Shown piece by piece: positions 29,141 to 40,189 of a stretch of 64,000 bases of DNA. The DNA is from Alphaproteobacteria bacterium (GTDB taxonomy: Bacteria > Pseudomonadota > Alphaproteobacteria > SP197), in NCBI GenBank assembly GCA_964291265.2, contig OZ219747.1, forward strand, positions 2,752,001 to 2,816,000. Direction: 5' to 3'. The translations under genes and the position numbers were made by a program. Below the pieces are notes generated by a model that had not been told where the DNA came from, did no database searches, and saw only the letters and a program-made list of their open reading frames with translations. Within the stretch, counting starts at the first letter, position 1. The number at the start of each line of letters is the position of its first letter.

Positions 29141-32100
29141 TCAGGCCCTCGCAACTGCTGTCGCCACGACATAGGCCGCGGCGGGGGCATACTTGCCGAG
29201 ACGCTCGGTGAATTTCTCCACCGCGTCACCCTCCATCACCAACCCCTGGGTGAAGTCCAGTTCGAAGGTCACCTCAAGGTTGCTCGACTGCGCAGCCCTG
29301 AATTGCTGTGAAAGGAACTCGCGCACCGGCTGGGCATCCTGGACAGGTCCGGTGAACTCCAGTTGGAACGACCCTCCTTCGCCAGTGTCGTAACCACCCG
29401 CCATGAAGATCGTCTTCGAGGCGCCGGGGAGGGCGCCAACAGCGTTGAAAAGGCGAAAGGCGTCGTTCGAGTCGTACATCTTGATGGTGAGCGAGGCGAT
29501 GGCTTCGACCTTCTTCTCCCGCGCCTGTTCCCAGACCCTCCCCAACGCTTCACGGAACACGCCCTCCACGGTGAAGGTCAGATCACCTTTGCCTTCATCG
29601 TCTTCATCATGGGTGGTGTCGTCTTCATCATCCTGTTGATCATTCTCGTCGTCGTCCTCGTCCTTGTCGTCGTCGGCTGGTGGACGAGGCCACACGCCGG
29701 ATTTCCTGGCAAAGTCCATGGTCAGGATCATGGACTGCTCATCGATCACGATGTGCGCCATCGGATCGCCGGGACCACACAGCAGGTCATCCCGCCGGTA
29801 GATGTAGTACCCCCCTTCAATACCGAGTCGCAGGCCCTGGATGAAAATGTCATCACCGATCAGCATGGGAAGTGACGTGTTGCGGCGGAACTCGTCCCGC
29901 AACGATCCGACGGTGATCTGTCCCTTGTTCTTCAGCGGCGTGCGGTCGCGCACGTAGGCGGGCGAATCCGGACTGTCCTCAGTGAGGCGCAGCTTTCTGA
30001 GGTCACGCAACACGCGCTCGACCTGTCGTTGCCCCTCGCCCGGCCGGTCGGACGTGGATTGGGTGTCGATCGCCGAGTGACCCAGATCGACCTGACCGCC
30101 CTCGATGCCATGGGGCGTGGGGTAGAAGACGTGTCGGTAGCACTGCTGAATGGCGATGGCGAGTTCCTGTTCGGACTTTGCCTCGAGCTCCCGCACCTTC
30201 TCTTGCTGATGGTCCGCCAGTTGGGTCAGCCGTTCAGGCCGTTTCATCTCGCGCAGGGCAAGGCGCCTGAGCACCTTGCCGCGCATGTCATCCACACGTG
30301 CGTCTTCGGCCACCACGAACACCAGATTGTTCTTCAATTTGCGGAGTGCGGAAGCTTGCGAACCAGTCCTTGAGTAGATGCGCTCCACCAGATCGGGAAC
30401 ACTGTCGATCGAAGACCCGATGGAGACTGCCTCGAACCCCATGAGAGCCAGCTTCGGACGGCCATCAGCGACATCGTCGGGTACATCGGAAGGAACTCCC
30501 GGAAACCGCACGACATCGAATGTTCGACCGTCGAAGATCTGCCCGATCCGGTCGTTCAGTTCGGAGCGGGCCTCCTGCCTGTCGACGGTGTCCTCGGTCC
30601 GGCGAATCATCTGCTGAAGGTTCGCTTCGGCACGAAACCGCATGGTCGCACCCGGACGGTCGTCAAGGTAGGCGGAGTCGGCGATGAACTTCTTGCGGGC
30701 ATCTTCGATGAAACTGATGTCGGTTTCCGGCCCCAGAATCGCAAAGCGCAACTCTTCCGGAGACAGACCCTTCAGGGAGTCGTTGAAGGCAAGGGAATGA
30801 ATGAAGATGGTGCGGGCGACGTGGGTGGCAAAGGGCTGCAGGCCGCCATGATGCGTTGCATCGATGTGCTGGGCCAGAGCAGTCCTCTCGGTTCCGGGAG
30901 AGACGATATCGTTGGAAATCGCCGGCCGAAAGGCCGACTGGTTGAGTCGTGTCACGATCTCCTGGCGGATCGGTTCGTGACCCGGATCAATGTGGTGGAG
31001 GTGGATGGCGGTCGTGTGGGCGGGCCTCTGGCTCCAGAGGTGGGAGAGCGTGTGCGCCAGCAGTCGCAACATGCCACGCACACGCTGGAAGCTGTCGAGC
31101 GTTGCTGTCTTGCCGGTCAGGGTGGCCAGGACATCTGGATGCAAGGGATAGCTGGACCGCAGGGACTCGACGGTCTCAGGTCTCCGAACATCGTCCGGGA
31201 GCGCTTCCCTGTGGGTGTTCCACACGTCACGATAGGCATCGGCGACCACGCTTGCCGCGGTCTCGTCGATTGATTCGAACAGGCGTCGCTTGAGAACCTG
31301 GATGGTCTCGTGTTCTTCCGTCGGATTGAGCAATGTCGCCGTGCGCCCGGCAACACTCTCCAGTTCGTTCATCATGTCGGCGATGAACTGGTTTTCCTGG
31401 CTGTAGGCATCGCGGGCGCGCCCGTCCTTGCCGATCGCCAGGGTGAAGACGACCACCGCATGGGGTGTGCTTTCCACCGCCTTGCAGAGAGAGGTCAGGA
31501 AGGCCGTGAGCTGTCCCCGGGCATTGTCGTTTCCCTGAACCTTGCGCAGGTAAACCGACAGTTCATCAAGCAGGATCAACGCAGGCTCGCCGCCAAACAG
31601 CTCACGCAAGGTCTCCGATCCCGGCGCCACGCGGGTCTCGTCGCTCTTGCGGACACGTTCGTAACCCTCGGGCCCCGCAAGAGCCGACGCGATCTCGCCC
31701 CACGGTGTGAAGGCGAGGTGGCCGGCTTCCATAAGGCGGCCATTGGTGGGATCGGCATTCTCGCCGTCGAAGGCCGCGATCCTCACCCCCGCCCCGGGAA
31801 GGAGCGCAGGATCGATGAACTCCCCGATGCCCGCCACATCCCCGTGACTGCGTGCAGCATGACAGAGTGCAATCAGCGCATGCGTCTTGCCGCCGCCATA
31901 GGATGTGTCGAGACGGAAGATCGATGCGACCTCGCCACCCGTTCCACTGAGACGGCGACACACGTTGCTGATGAGATTCTTCAGACCTTCAGTTGGATAG
32001 GTGCTGGCGAAGAACCGCCCCGGATCAAGATAGCCGGCCGGTGCCTTGCCGGTGATGACCTGGGCGAGATCGGCGGCGAAATCGGCCTCGGTCAGCGTTC

Positions 32101-32155
32101 CATCCAGGATGTCCTGTCTCAGGCGACAGGTGTCGAAGACCGTCGGAACCGTCAT
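29141..32155 (-). CDS. DUF499 AAA+ ATPase
   Basis: FAADLAQV, FFASTYPTEGL, Walker A TSYGGGKTH, TPWGEIA, Walker B LILLDE, YPLHP, FQRVRGMLRLL. Confidence 0.92.
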   Translation of the reverse strand: MTVPTVFDTCRLRQDILDGTLTEADFAADLAQVITGKAPAGYLDPGRFFASTYPTEGLKNLISNVCRRLSGTGGEVASIFRLDTSYGGGKTHALIALCHAARSHGDVAGIGEFIDPALLPGAGVRIAAFDGENADPTNGRLMEAGHLAFTPWGEIASALAGPEGYERVRKSDETRVAPGSETLRELFGGEPALILLDELSVYLRKVQGNDNARGQLTAFLTSLCKAVESTPHAVVVFTLAIGKDGRARDAYSQENQFIADMMNELESVAGRTATLLNPTEEHETIQVLKRRLFESIDETAASVVADAYRDVWNTHREALPDDVRRPETVESLRSSYPLHPDVLATLTGKTATLDSFQRVRGMLRLLAHTLSHLWSQRPAHTTAIHLHHIDPGHEPIRQEIVTRLNQSAFRPAISNDIVSPGTERTALAQHIDATHHGGLQPFATHVARTIFIHSLAFNDSLKGLSPEELRFAILGPETDISFIEDARKKFIADSAYLDDRPGATMRFRAEANLQQMIRRTEDTVDRQEARSELNDRIGQIFDGRTFDVVRFPGVPSDVPDDVADGRPKLALMGFEAVSIGSSIDSVPDLVERIYSRTGSQASALRKLKNNLVFVVAEDARVDDMRGKVLRRLALREMKRPERLTQLADHQQEKVRELEAKSEQELAIAIQQCYRHVFYPTPHGIEGGQVDLGHSAIDTQSTSDRPGEGQRQVERVLRDLRKLRLTEDSPDSPAYVRDRTPLKNKGQITVGSLRDEFRRNTSLPMLIGDDIFIQGLRLGIEGGYYIYRRDDLLCGPGDPMAHIVIDEQSMILTMDFARKSGVWPRPPADDDKDEDDDENDQQDDEDDTTHDEDDEGKGDLTFTVEGVFREALGRVWEQAREKKVEAIASLTIKMYDSNDAFRLFNAVGALPGASKTIFMAGGYDTGEGGSFQLEFTGPVQDAQPVREFLSQQFRAAQSSNLEVTFELDFTQGLVMEGDAVEKFTERLGKYAPAAAYVVATAVARA

Positions 32156-32659
32156 CGCCCGGCCCCTCTCCATCTGATCATCCCGTCACGTGTTGTCGGT
32201 CGCATCACTCTTTCGGCACACCACAATTGCAGGTCGAGCATGTTGTCTGCTGCGCGTGTTCCATCGCATGGTCTCATGGTCAACACTGGATGCTCCCTGG
32301 AAACCGGACTGAAGACTGAACCACATGGGCCAACCTGTCCAACAGCTTGTCTTCGGGCATCCCGACTCTCTACCAATGCAGGGAGAGACGATTGGGGGGA
32401 CGCCGGGCTCACGGGTGGAGTGTTTTCGGGCGAAAGTCCCGCCAGGAAGAAAGGGCCACCGCCACGCCTTCCGCGAGCCATGCGTCGATCGCCGCAGGGG
32501 CCGGGCACGGAGCCACGAGATGCTTGTGAAACCGGAGTGCCGAGGTCGTCCGCCAGGCCGCAAGCAATACCCCGCGCACTGCGTTGGTGAGGCAGACAGG
32601 GGCTCCGCGGAGTCTGAGAACCATGGCACGTCCACCGGGACCCGGGAGGTCTTTGAAAC

Positions 32660-32990
32660 TCAGACATCTTGACCTCGTCCGACGTCAAGTGAGGCGATTG
32701 TGGAGTGTTGCGCCGTCGATGTCGTAAGGCGGAGGCTTGTTCCCGGATGGACGGTCCTGGTCTGGTCGAGTTCTTCGATCAGCGCCAGCAGTGCCTTTGT
32801 CGTTGCGTTGTTGGCCAGGCCGAGGATGCCGCTTTCGTGGTTCGGCTCAATGCTGGCATCGGCGGTCATCGGGGCGGTGATGAGGGTGCGGAGAGTGTTG
32901 GGTCGCGCCTTTCCCCGGATTGTTGACGGGTGTCATGGGCGGCATGGCAGTGGAAGGGCTCGAGAGTGGAGAAGCACCACGCCTGATCGC
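32660..32990 (-). pseudogene. Second C-terminal remnant of the same transposase family as 7407-8124
   Basis: ADASIEPNHESGIL...ELDQTRTVHPGTSLRL aligns with ADADILPDPERGIL...ELNDTRTRFPGTELRM; terminal motif GTCAAGATGTCTGA at 32660-32673. Confidence 0.6.
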
Positions 32991-32999
32991 CGATGACGG

Positions 33000-33370
33000 G
33001 CCCACGAGAAGGACGAGACGATGGGTATGGCATGGGCTCCCTGGAGGTGACCGTTCGGTCACCGGGTGTCAGGCACCGGACACGCGCGCGAAACCGTGAC
33101 CGTTGCGCCACGGGGCACGCTCACCATTCGACACTCGAGCGTCGTTCCGGCGTCGCTTCAGCCGGCGAGCGCCACGTCAGCCGGGTCGACATGGAGGCCC
33201 GGACGATCTCCGGGGCGCACAGCCGTGCGCGCCGGCAGTGCACCCGGAACTCCCGGTCGCCGTCGCGCCCCGCCATGAGGCGGCAGCGGACATGCGTACC
33301 GCTGACGTGGCGCTCCCTGACCACGCCTTCGCCGAGTGCCGCGGACACGTGTCGCCAGAATGCCGCGCTC
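33000..33370 (+). pseudogene. Possible highly degraded Cre-like tyrosine recombinase
   Basis: Fragments ISG/HS/VRAGSA and WRSLTTP in shifting frames resemble ISGHSLRVGSA...WKSPTMP; weak. Confidence 0.3.
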
Positions 33371-33659
33371 GCGCTCGAGATCGTTCGAATCAGGCGCCCT
33401 GTCGGCAAGCCCCTTGTTGTCATGGAAGGCGCCGGACTGGCGGAACAGCACGTTCCCCGGTGCCGTCCTTCCGTGATCGACACGGGCGATGATCGCGCTG
33501 TTGCGCAGGTTCAACAATGGGCACGTGAGGCTGCAAGGGAAACTCGCAGGGTGCGGCGCCAACATGCCGGAGCGCACCTGCCTCGAGGCGGTCAGGCGCG
33601 GTCTCCTGAGCGGCATGGAGCAGGCGGTGCCAAGGTGTTGATCCTGCCGGCAGAACAAT

Positions 33660-33911
33660 CGATTGCTTCCTCGATGGCCGGATGGTCCCGATGAGATCGT
33701 GCCATTGGTCGGTCACTTCATCCCGCCGCCAGCGGTCATCGAGCCGCTGCCTGGCGGCCCGCGACCCGAGCGGAGCGTTGAACAGGCGCCTGGCATTGAA
33801 CGGTGGATCGGTGGCGATGCAGTCCACGCTCTCCGAGTTCATGTCGCCCAGGACGTGGATGTTGTCGGCGACAAGGAGCGCCCGGTGGTCCCAGTTGGGT
33901 CCGTCACCCAT
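33660..33911 (-). pseudogene. N-terminal fragment of an N4/N6 DNA methyltransferase
   Basis: DNIHVLGDMNSESVDCIATDPPFN...APLGSRAA...DDRW; similarity stops after ~80 codons. Confidence 0.65.
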
Positions 33912-34234
33912 CGTTCATCACCGGCGCTTTCATGGAAGCGTTCGAGCGTTGTCGGCAATGGCGGCGGCCAGCCATATACCGGCTTCGCTCCTCCTGGCGT
34001 GCTGCACAGGGCGCGGGCCAGACCGATGGCGATTCCCGCCCGGGCGGCCATCGCGGCGAGGAGCGCGGTGGCCCGAACCATGAGGGTGCGGCAGAGCGTT
34101 GCCGTGACACGCGATTCCAGGGCGCTCGGGTCCGCCTTGGCGGCAGGATCGCCCTCGCCGGCGCGGACCGCTCCGGTCATGGCCGCGCTGATCTGCTCGC
34201 GGGCGGCGTCCAGGGGGTCGAAGGCGGCTGTCAT
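33839..34234 (-). CDS. Small hypothetical coiled-coil/membrane protein, possibly degraded
   Basis: ATG overlaps the upstream stop; AKADxxALESR followed by a hydrophobic stretch. Confidence 0.35.
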   Translation of the reverse strand: MTAAFDPLDAAREQISAAMTGAVRAGEGDPAAKADPSALESRVTATLCRTLMVRATALLAAMAARAGIAIGLARALCSTPGGAKPVYGWPPPLPTTLERFHESAGDERWVTDPTGTTGRSLSPTTSTSWAT

Positions 34235-34932
34235 GGATCGCGTTCGATTCCGGCGGCGGTCTCGGCGAGCGCGCGGCGGCGGATCAGGCCCTGGGCCAGG
34301 AGTTCCTCGCGCGCTTCGGCGGCGTCGTGGCAGGCCCTCTCCCACAGCTCTCGGCTCTGCTGCTCTTCGGACTCCCAATGGGGTCGGTCGGGATGACCGG
34401 CGGGAAGAGTGGCGAGCGTGCTTCGGGCCCTCTTGAGGGTCCGCTGAATCGATCTGTGGCAAACGTGGCCTCGGTCGCCGAGTCTCCGTTGCGCATGAAC
34501 TGCCTCCCGGTCGGGGCGGTAGATCTTCTCGTATCTCTCCCGCAGGCGGTGTTCTTCCGCTTCGAGGCGGTGGACCTCGTCGAGACGGCCCGTCGTCAGG
34601 GATGCGTGGCGGGCGTCCTCAAGAGCATTCTGAACCTTGATGATCGCAACGCTGATGTCCATCCTGGCTCCGTGGTCGTACTCGACGATCTCTTCTCCGG
34701 GCCGCAGCCAGAGATGCGCCTCCTCGTCCTGGAGAGCGCGGAGCGCCCCGAGGAGGCGCGCGGCCTCCGGACCGTCGCCGAGGGCCTCGATCTCCTCGGC
34801 GTAGACGGCGATGAGCGCCTGGACCTTCCGCATCCTGGCGGCGCGGCGGATGATGTGGTTCTCCAGGGTTTCGCCGGGAAGTCTCGGCGGTGGCGAGTGC
34901 CGCCACGAGGCGAAATCCAGGACCTTGTCCAT
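34231..34932 (-). CDS. Hypothetical helical protein
   Basis: GGAGG RBS before ATG 34932; GC-rich codon usage; 233 aa. Confidence 0.6.
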   Translation of the reverse strand: MDKVLDFASWRHSPPPRLPGETLENHIIRRAARMRKVQALIAVYAEEIEALGDGPEAARLLGALRALQDEEAHLWLRPGEEIVEYDHGARMDISVAIIKVQNALEDARHASLTTGRLDEVHRLEAEEHRLRERYEKIYRPDREAVHAQRRLGDRGHVCHRSIQRTLKRARSTLATLPAGHPDRPHWESEEQQSRELWERACHDAAEAREELLAQGLIRRRALAETAAGIERDP

Positions 34933-36307
34933 GTTGTCCTCCCTTCCCCGGTTGCCGGGAACCTGCTGCTTGAGCGTTTGTGATCGTATCACGGGCTCCA
35001 AGCGGTGGTGGAGAGGCAGGTCAGCGGTGGCCGGCGTCGCGGCGGCATTCGGGGAGGAGCGCCAGGAGGCACTGTCAGGTGGACAGGTCGAACTCCACGG
35101 GACCCGGCTGGCGTTTCCGAAGAGCAGGATCGTACTGGCGGTAGAGGCGTGACGCCATGCCGAGGTAGAGCGTCACCTGGTAGCGCTCGCAGAGCGTGAT
35201 CGTCCTCCTGTCATGCCGGCTCTTCGCCTCGCCGACGATCAGGCGGCGGGGCGCGCTCGCGGAAGATGACGTCCGGATTGCCGACCAGGCCATCGGTGAT
35301 GAGCGACCAGCTCGCGCGGCGCCGGCCGAGGCCGCTGGCGATCACCTTCACGCGGGCCGGGTCGATGCCCCAGCGTCGGTCGATGCGTGCGCCGCGGCGA
35401 CGGCGAGAACCGCCGCGGCTGCCGTGAGGGCGACGGGGTCGCTGGCCAGCGGCGTCATGCCATCCGGGCGATCGCCAGGATCACGGTCGCGGCGGCGATG
35501 AGGGCCGCCGTGACGACCCAGCCCCAGCGGGTGCGGGGCAGCGCGCCGGCGGCTGGTGTTGAGACCTTCGCGCCAGCGGATGCCGCGTCGCGCTGCACGG
35601 GCGGCGGAAGGCCGCACGGTCTGCGGAACGTCCCGCCGTTCCAAATCGCCGCCGACAGAGGGTGCTGACCGGGTGTCGGCGCGGCGAACGCCGGTGATCC
35701 ATGGCGCATGGCGTGGCGGAGAGCGGTGGTGCGAAGGTGATCGCCAGCGGCGGAAGCCGGTCGCACGGCTCGCGGGAGTGTCAGGTGCCGCGGGTCATTC
35801 AACCGGACACATTCACTCGCCGCGAAAAGAAACGGAACCGCTGCCATCCGCACAACGGGCACGACAAGCCGAAAGAGAACATCTGGCCTGAGACCACTGC
35901 GCAAGAACCGGAAACGCGTCCTCAACCGGTGGCAATCACCGCGTGACCGAATGCCTACCCCTGGCGCGGTAGGGAGGGTGTCATGGCGAGCCAAAAGCGG
36001 AACATGTTATAGTGGACACGCTTATCAAGCGGAACCCGCGCTGAAACAGGCAGAAACACAGGAAAACAGTCGATTTCCTGAGCGGTGCGATAGGCCCCAT
36101 CAGAAGAGCTGGTCAGGATGTCCGAGACTCACGTGCCTGCCAAGTCAAGCAGCGCAGGATCAACAAACCAACGATATCAAAACCGCACCCACCGCGACCA
36201 ACGTCAACACAGACTCAAACCTGACGAGGGACCTGGGCAGTTATGACGAATGTCGGAAGTGGAATGAAACCCTCGTCCCTCGCTTGCTGATGAAACCAGT
36301 ATGGTCT

Positions 36308-36323
36308 ATATATCCGGTTATAT
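36308..36323. promoter_or_regulatory. Putative TA autorepression operator
   Basis: AT-rich palindrome ATATATCCGGTTATAT (7 of 8 pairs) just upstream of the antitoxin RBS. Confidence 0.5.
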
Positions 36324-36339
36324 GAATCGGAGGTCGACT

Positions 36340-36642
36340 GTGACCAATGCCGCACAGCAAAGGGCGACCAGGAACTACCGTGCCCGTCTGCAACAGCGTG
36401 GCTTCAAACGATTCGAGGTGATGGCTCTCGAAACGGACCGGGAAATGCTGCGCACACTCGCACGTCGCTTGGCCGAAGACGGGCCTGAAGCGGACCATGC
36501 CCGGGCTACGGTCAAAGCGCTGGTTGCGGACGGACCACCAAAGGCTGGCAGGATTCTCGCGGCGCTCCGTCGCTCGCCGCTGGTCGGGGCCGATCTCGAC
36601 CTGTCGCGACCGCGTATCGAAGGGCGCAGGATCGACCTTTGA
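36340..36642 (+). CDS. Antitoxin of a type II TA pair
   Basis: GTG after GGAGG; YRARLQQRGFKRFEV...SPLVGADLDLSR; overlaps the toxin start. Confidence 0.75.
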   Translation: MTNAAQQRATRNYRARLQQRGFKRFEVMALETDREMLRTLARRLAEDGPEADHARATVKALVADGPPKAGRILAALRRSPLVGADLDLSRPRIEGRRIDL

Positions 36643-37061
36643 CGCGCTGTCTGCTTGACACCAATATCATCAGCAACGCCGTCAAGCCGCAGCCATCTAC
36701 ACGCTTGATTGACTGGATGGCCAGTCAGCGGGACGAAGACCTGTTTGTCGCCTCGCTGACCATCGCAGAGATCCGGCGCGGCATTCTCGAACTGTCCAGC
36801 GGTCGGAAGAGGGATGCTCTCGAGGCCTGGTTCGCAGGCGAGGAAGGGCCGCAGGCATTGTTCGCTGGGCGAATACTGCCGTTTGACGATAGAGCCGGTC
36901 TGATCTGGGCGCGCCTGATGGCACAGGGCAAGGCCGAGGGCCGCCCGCGCAGCGCTCTCGACATGATCCTCGCCGCCGTGGCGGAGGTGAACGACTGCGT
37001 GGTTGTGACGGATAACGAACGGGATTTCAGAGGGCTTCAGATCGTCAACCCCTTGCGGTAG
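36639..37061 (+). CDS. vapC: VapC-family PIN-domain toxin
   Basis: LLDTNIIS, AEIRRG, ILPFD, DMILAA, VTDNERDF. Confidence 0.88.
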   Translation: MTRCLLDTNIISNAVKPQPSTRLIDWMASQRDEDLFVASLTIAEIRRGILELSSGRKRDALEAWFAGEEGPQALFAGRILPFDDRAGLIWARLMAQGKAEGRPRSALDMILAAVAEVNDCVVVTDNERDFRGLQIVNPLR

Positions 37062-37299
37062 AAAGCTGCGGACTTCATCGTGGCCGGACGCGAACTGCCG
37101 CTCATGGTGCCGCTCATGGCGAAAGCCGATGATCTGGCACAGGCGCGTCCGCTCAGAACCAGCATCGTCCCGGTGCGCCGCGGCAAGCGCCGGGGAGACC
37201 ACCGTGCGGCCGCGGGGGTGCGCCGAAGGCCGCTTTGCCCCTGGTCTCCAGGAGCTTCACCGTACGGAAGACGGTAGACCGCGAGACATTGAAGGCCTG

Positions 37300-38440
37300 T
37301 GGCCTGTGGAATTTCACGATGGCAGCCACCTGATCTCATCATGGAGAAGGACAAGGCGATGGGTGTTGCTTCGGCGGGCTGGAGCGGCAGGGAGGGTGTC
37401 ACGGTCAGCCAACAATGGAACATGCGATATTGGACGCACTTGTCGCCGCATGTCAAGCGGAATCCGCGCCAAAACGACCGGAAGCACAGGAAAACAACGG
37501 ACTTCCTGGCAGGGACGATATGCCTCCTCGGGAGACCAGGTCAGGATGTCTGAAACTATCCTTCGCTCGTGCGAATCCCGGACATCGAGGACATGTCTAT
37601 TCGATACACCCGCGATCTTGCGGAACTCGGAGCGCCGGGTCAGCCGGGTGCTGGGGCAGCACCGCTTGACCCAGCGCCGCATCCCGCGTGGTCGTGACGA
37701 CGGGGAACCCTTGGTCGCCGACATGATTGAGCTTAGGCCCGTCAGCATGGCCGTGAGGGCAATCGGCGGATCGCGGTCCTGCTTCGCGGGTGAGGTCAAC
37801 GGCAAACGGGTCGAGCGCCTGTGGCGGCGCGAGCCCGGCAAACAACCGGAACAGGTCCGTCTCGGGCTCGACGGCGGCTCCTGTATCAGGCCGCGCGCCG
37901 AGCTGAGAGAACTCGCATGGCCCTGCGTTCTGTCCTTCACCGGACATGCGGCGGGCGGACCTTCCGCATGCTCAACGCCCCCGACGAGTTCATCCGTGAG
38001 GGACTCGCGATCCGGGTTCGGCGCGAGCTCTCCTCGATCGGCGTCATCGATGTGCTGGCCGACCTTGCTCATCTTGAGCGACGTTCCCGGCCTGAATCCG
38101 CTTCGACAATGGACCGGAGCTCGTCGGCACGGCTGGGCCCGGAATGACTTCATCCAGCCGGGTTCACCCTGGAAAAGCGGCTGCATCGAGAGTTTCAATG
38201 CCAGGTTCCGCGACGGGGAGACTTTCGGCAGTCTCAAGGAAGCCGGCATCTTCGTTGAAGCATGGCGCCGCTGCGACAACGCCATACGACCATATGAAAA
38301 CTGAGGGATGTCAGCCGCCAGCACCCGAGAAGGTCGTCACGCGAGGTTGGCCGCCCGGCTCTGCCAGGCTCCGTCGAACGGCCAGGGTGATCGTCAAGGC
38401 GCTGACGTTCACCTTGGGACCAGTCGACGGGGGCAGGTCA
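37300..38440 (+). mobile_element. Degraded IS3-family element
   Basis: Frameshifted OrfB motifs GQHRLTQR, VNGKRVERLWRRE, IQPGSPW...ESFNARFRD; right end GGGGGCAGGTCA; left boundary approximate. Confidence 0.75.
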
Positions 38441-38767
38441 ATGAAGACAACGGGTTTCATCTGTCCTGGACGCACGGGATGTTCCATGGTCTCGAATCTC
38501 CTGCGCGAGGCCTTCGATCTCGTGGTTCACGATATCGCTGCTGAACGTGTCGACACCCTGGCGCGCCCGGGCGCTGTTCCCGCCTTGTCACCGGCACACG
38601 CGGCGGCCCAAGCGGAGATGGTGATCACCATGCTACCCGGCCCGGCCAGTGTCCGCGACCTCATCACGGGGCAGGAAGGCGTCCTCGCCACGGCGCGGCT
38701 GGGAACCATCGTCATGGACATGAGCGCCATCGACCCTGGAACCACGGACGCCATGACGGAACTCTGC
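38441..38767 (+). pseudogene. 5' fragment copy of the dehydrogenase gene at 40400
   Basis: High nucleotide similarity to 40400-40729; NAD-binding motif mutated (ICPGRTG versus IGLGRMG). Confidence 0.85.
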
Positions 38768-39211
38768 AAGGCCAGCATCCGCCACCCGTGGCCAGACCAG
38801 CGCCTCGTCGTCAGGACCTGAGGGAGGGCCGGATGCGGACAGCGCAGGTCCGGATCTATGCGGGGGATCGGGGAAACCCGGCTCCCTGCTGCGGTCCACG
38901 CTCAACCGCGAGTCATGGCTCGCCGGGCGCGAGAACGAGTTCGACGAGCTTGTGACCGAAGAACCGGCGTCGAGCGAATTGCCAGTCGAGGCCGCCTGTA
39001 GCAGGATGAACCCGACATTCGGAGGGTGCCATGACCGGTTCGAAACAGCGTGATGAGGCAACGGATACCGACCCCGAAGCCCCGATGACACGGTCAATCG
39101 GGGTGGGCTTGTCGCCTGCCGTGGAGACAATGTTCGGCGCACTGGTGGACGAACAGGCCGCCGGAGCGAAGTCCACCGAAGAGCCCGAAGCCCGCCGCGC
39201 CGCGCGGCCCG

Positions 39212-39824
39212 GTGCCGCCTGACCTCGAAGCCCTTCTTCGGGAGGGCGAATCCCCGACGGTGCTGCTCGATGCTAACGTTCTTCTCGACGTGTTCCTGCA
39301 AAGAGAGAATGCGGTTCCGGCGGCACGCGTGCTTTCCTTCGCTGAAGCAGGCGTCGTCAGAGGCCATGCCTGCGCCTCCGCCTTCAGGGGTGATTTGTCA
39401 CCACGGGGCCGGGAAGGGGTCGGCGCGAACACCTCCTCGTTGCCCAGCTCATGCGGTTTCTGAATGTCCTGCCGCTGACGGAAGAGGTGCTCGACACGGC
39501 GCTCGGCCATGAGCGCCTCTCTCGTTCGAAGACGCCCAGGTCGCGGCGGCGGGCGACCTTGCGGGCGTTGACGCGATCCTGACCAGCGACGGCGGGTTCC
39601 TCCGTGGACACGATCTGGCCTCCACACCGCGGGATCTGGTGGCGCTCCTGGAAGCCCATCTGGGCCAGCGTCCTGTCTGTCGCGTCGTCAAGGTCACGCC
39701 GGCAGGCACGTTCCGCGTCGAAATCGCCGACCCGGCGGGCGGCTGGCGTCAGACCCTGCCATTGTCGGGTTTCCCGACCGAGGAGGAGGCCGAGCGCGCC
39801 GCTGGGCTGCGGCAAGAGGAGTAA
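39212..39824 (+). pseudogene. PIN-domain protein, frameshifted
   Basis: VLLDANVLLDVFLQR, then FEDAQVAAA...DAILTSD in another frame. Confidence 0.65.
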
Positions 39825-40189
39825 CGGCGCCTCAGAGGCTCCCGCCGGCCGCGTACAGCCCCAGTACCGACATCACGGCCGAGCCCACGCTCTGCGGATC
39901 GAGATCGTCCCGCCAGGGATTCAGCGCTGCGATCCGCTCGGTTTCCCGCTTCGCGATGCGCCTGGCGGTCTCCTCGCTCATGTTCACTTCGACGGTTAGG
40001 CGGGACTCGTCGGGACTTCCCAGATGGACGATTTACCGTTCCTCTCCCACGTTCTTGACTGTCGCCATGACGAACCGGTCCCGTTGCAACCTCTCCAAAG
40101 GTTAGGATGTCTGCACCCGGAGCGTCAATCGAAGTGCAGCTCCGCGGTGCATCGCCCGACCTCGGTGACGGCCCCTCGTCACTTGGATG

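Noticed and set aside
20169-32155. Canonical BREX, DISARM or type III R-M system
   Set aside because: No PglZ, BrxL, DrmA/DrmB or Res/Mod pair was recognised; the domain set fits DUF499/DUF1156/PLD-SNF2.
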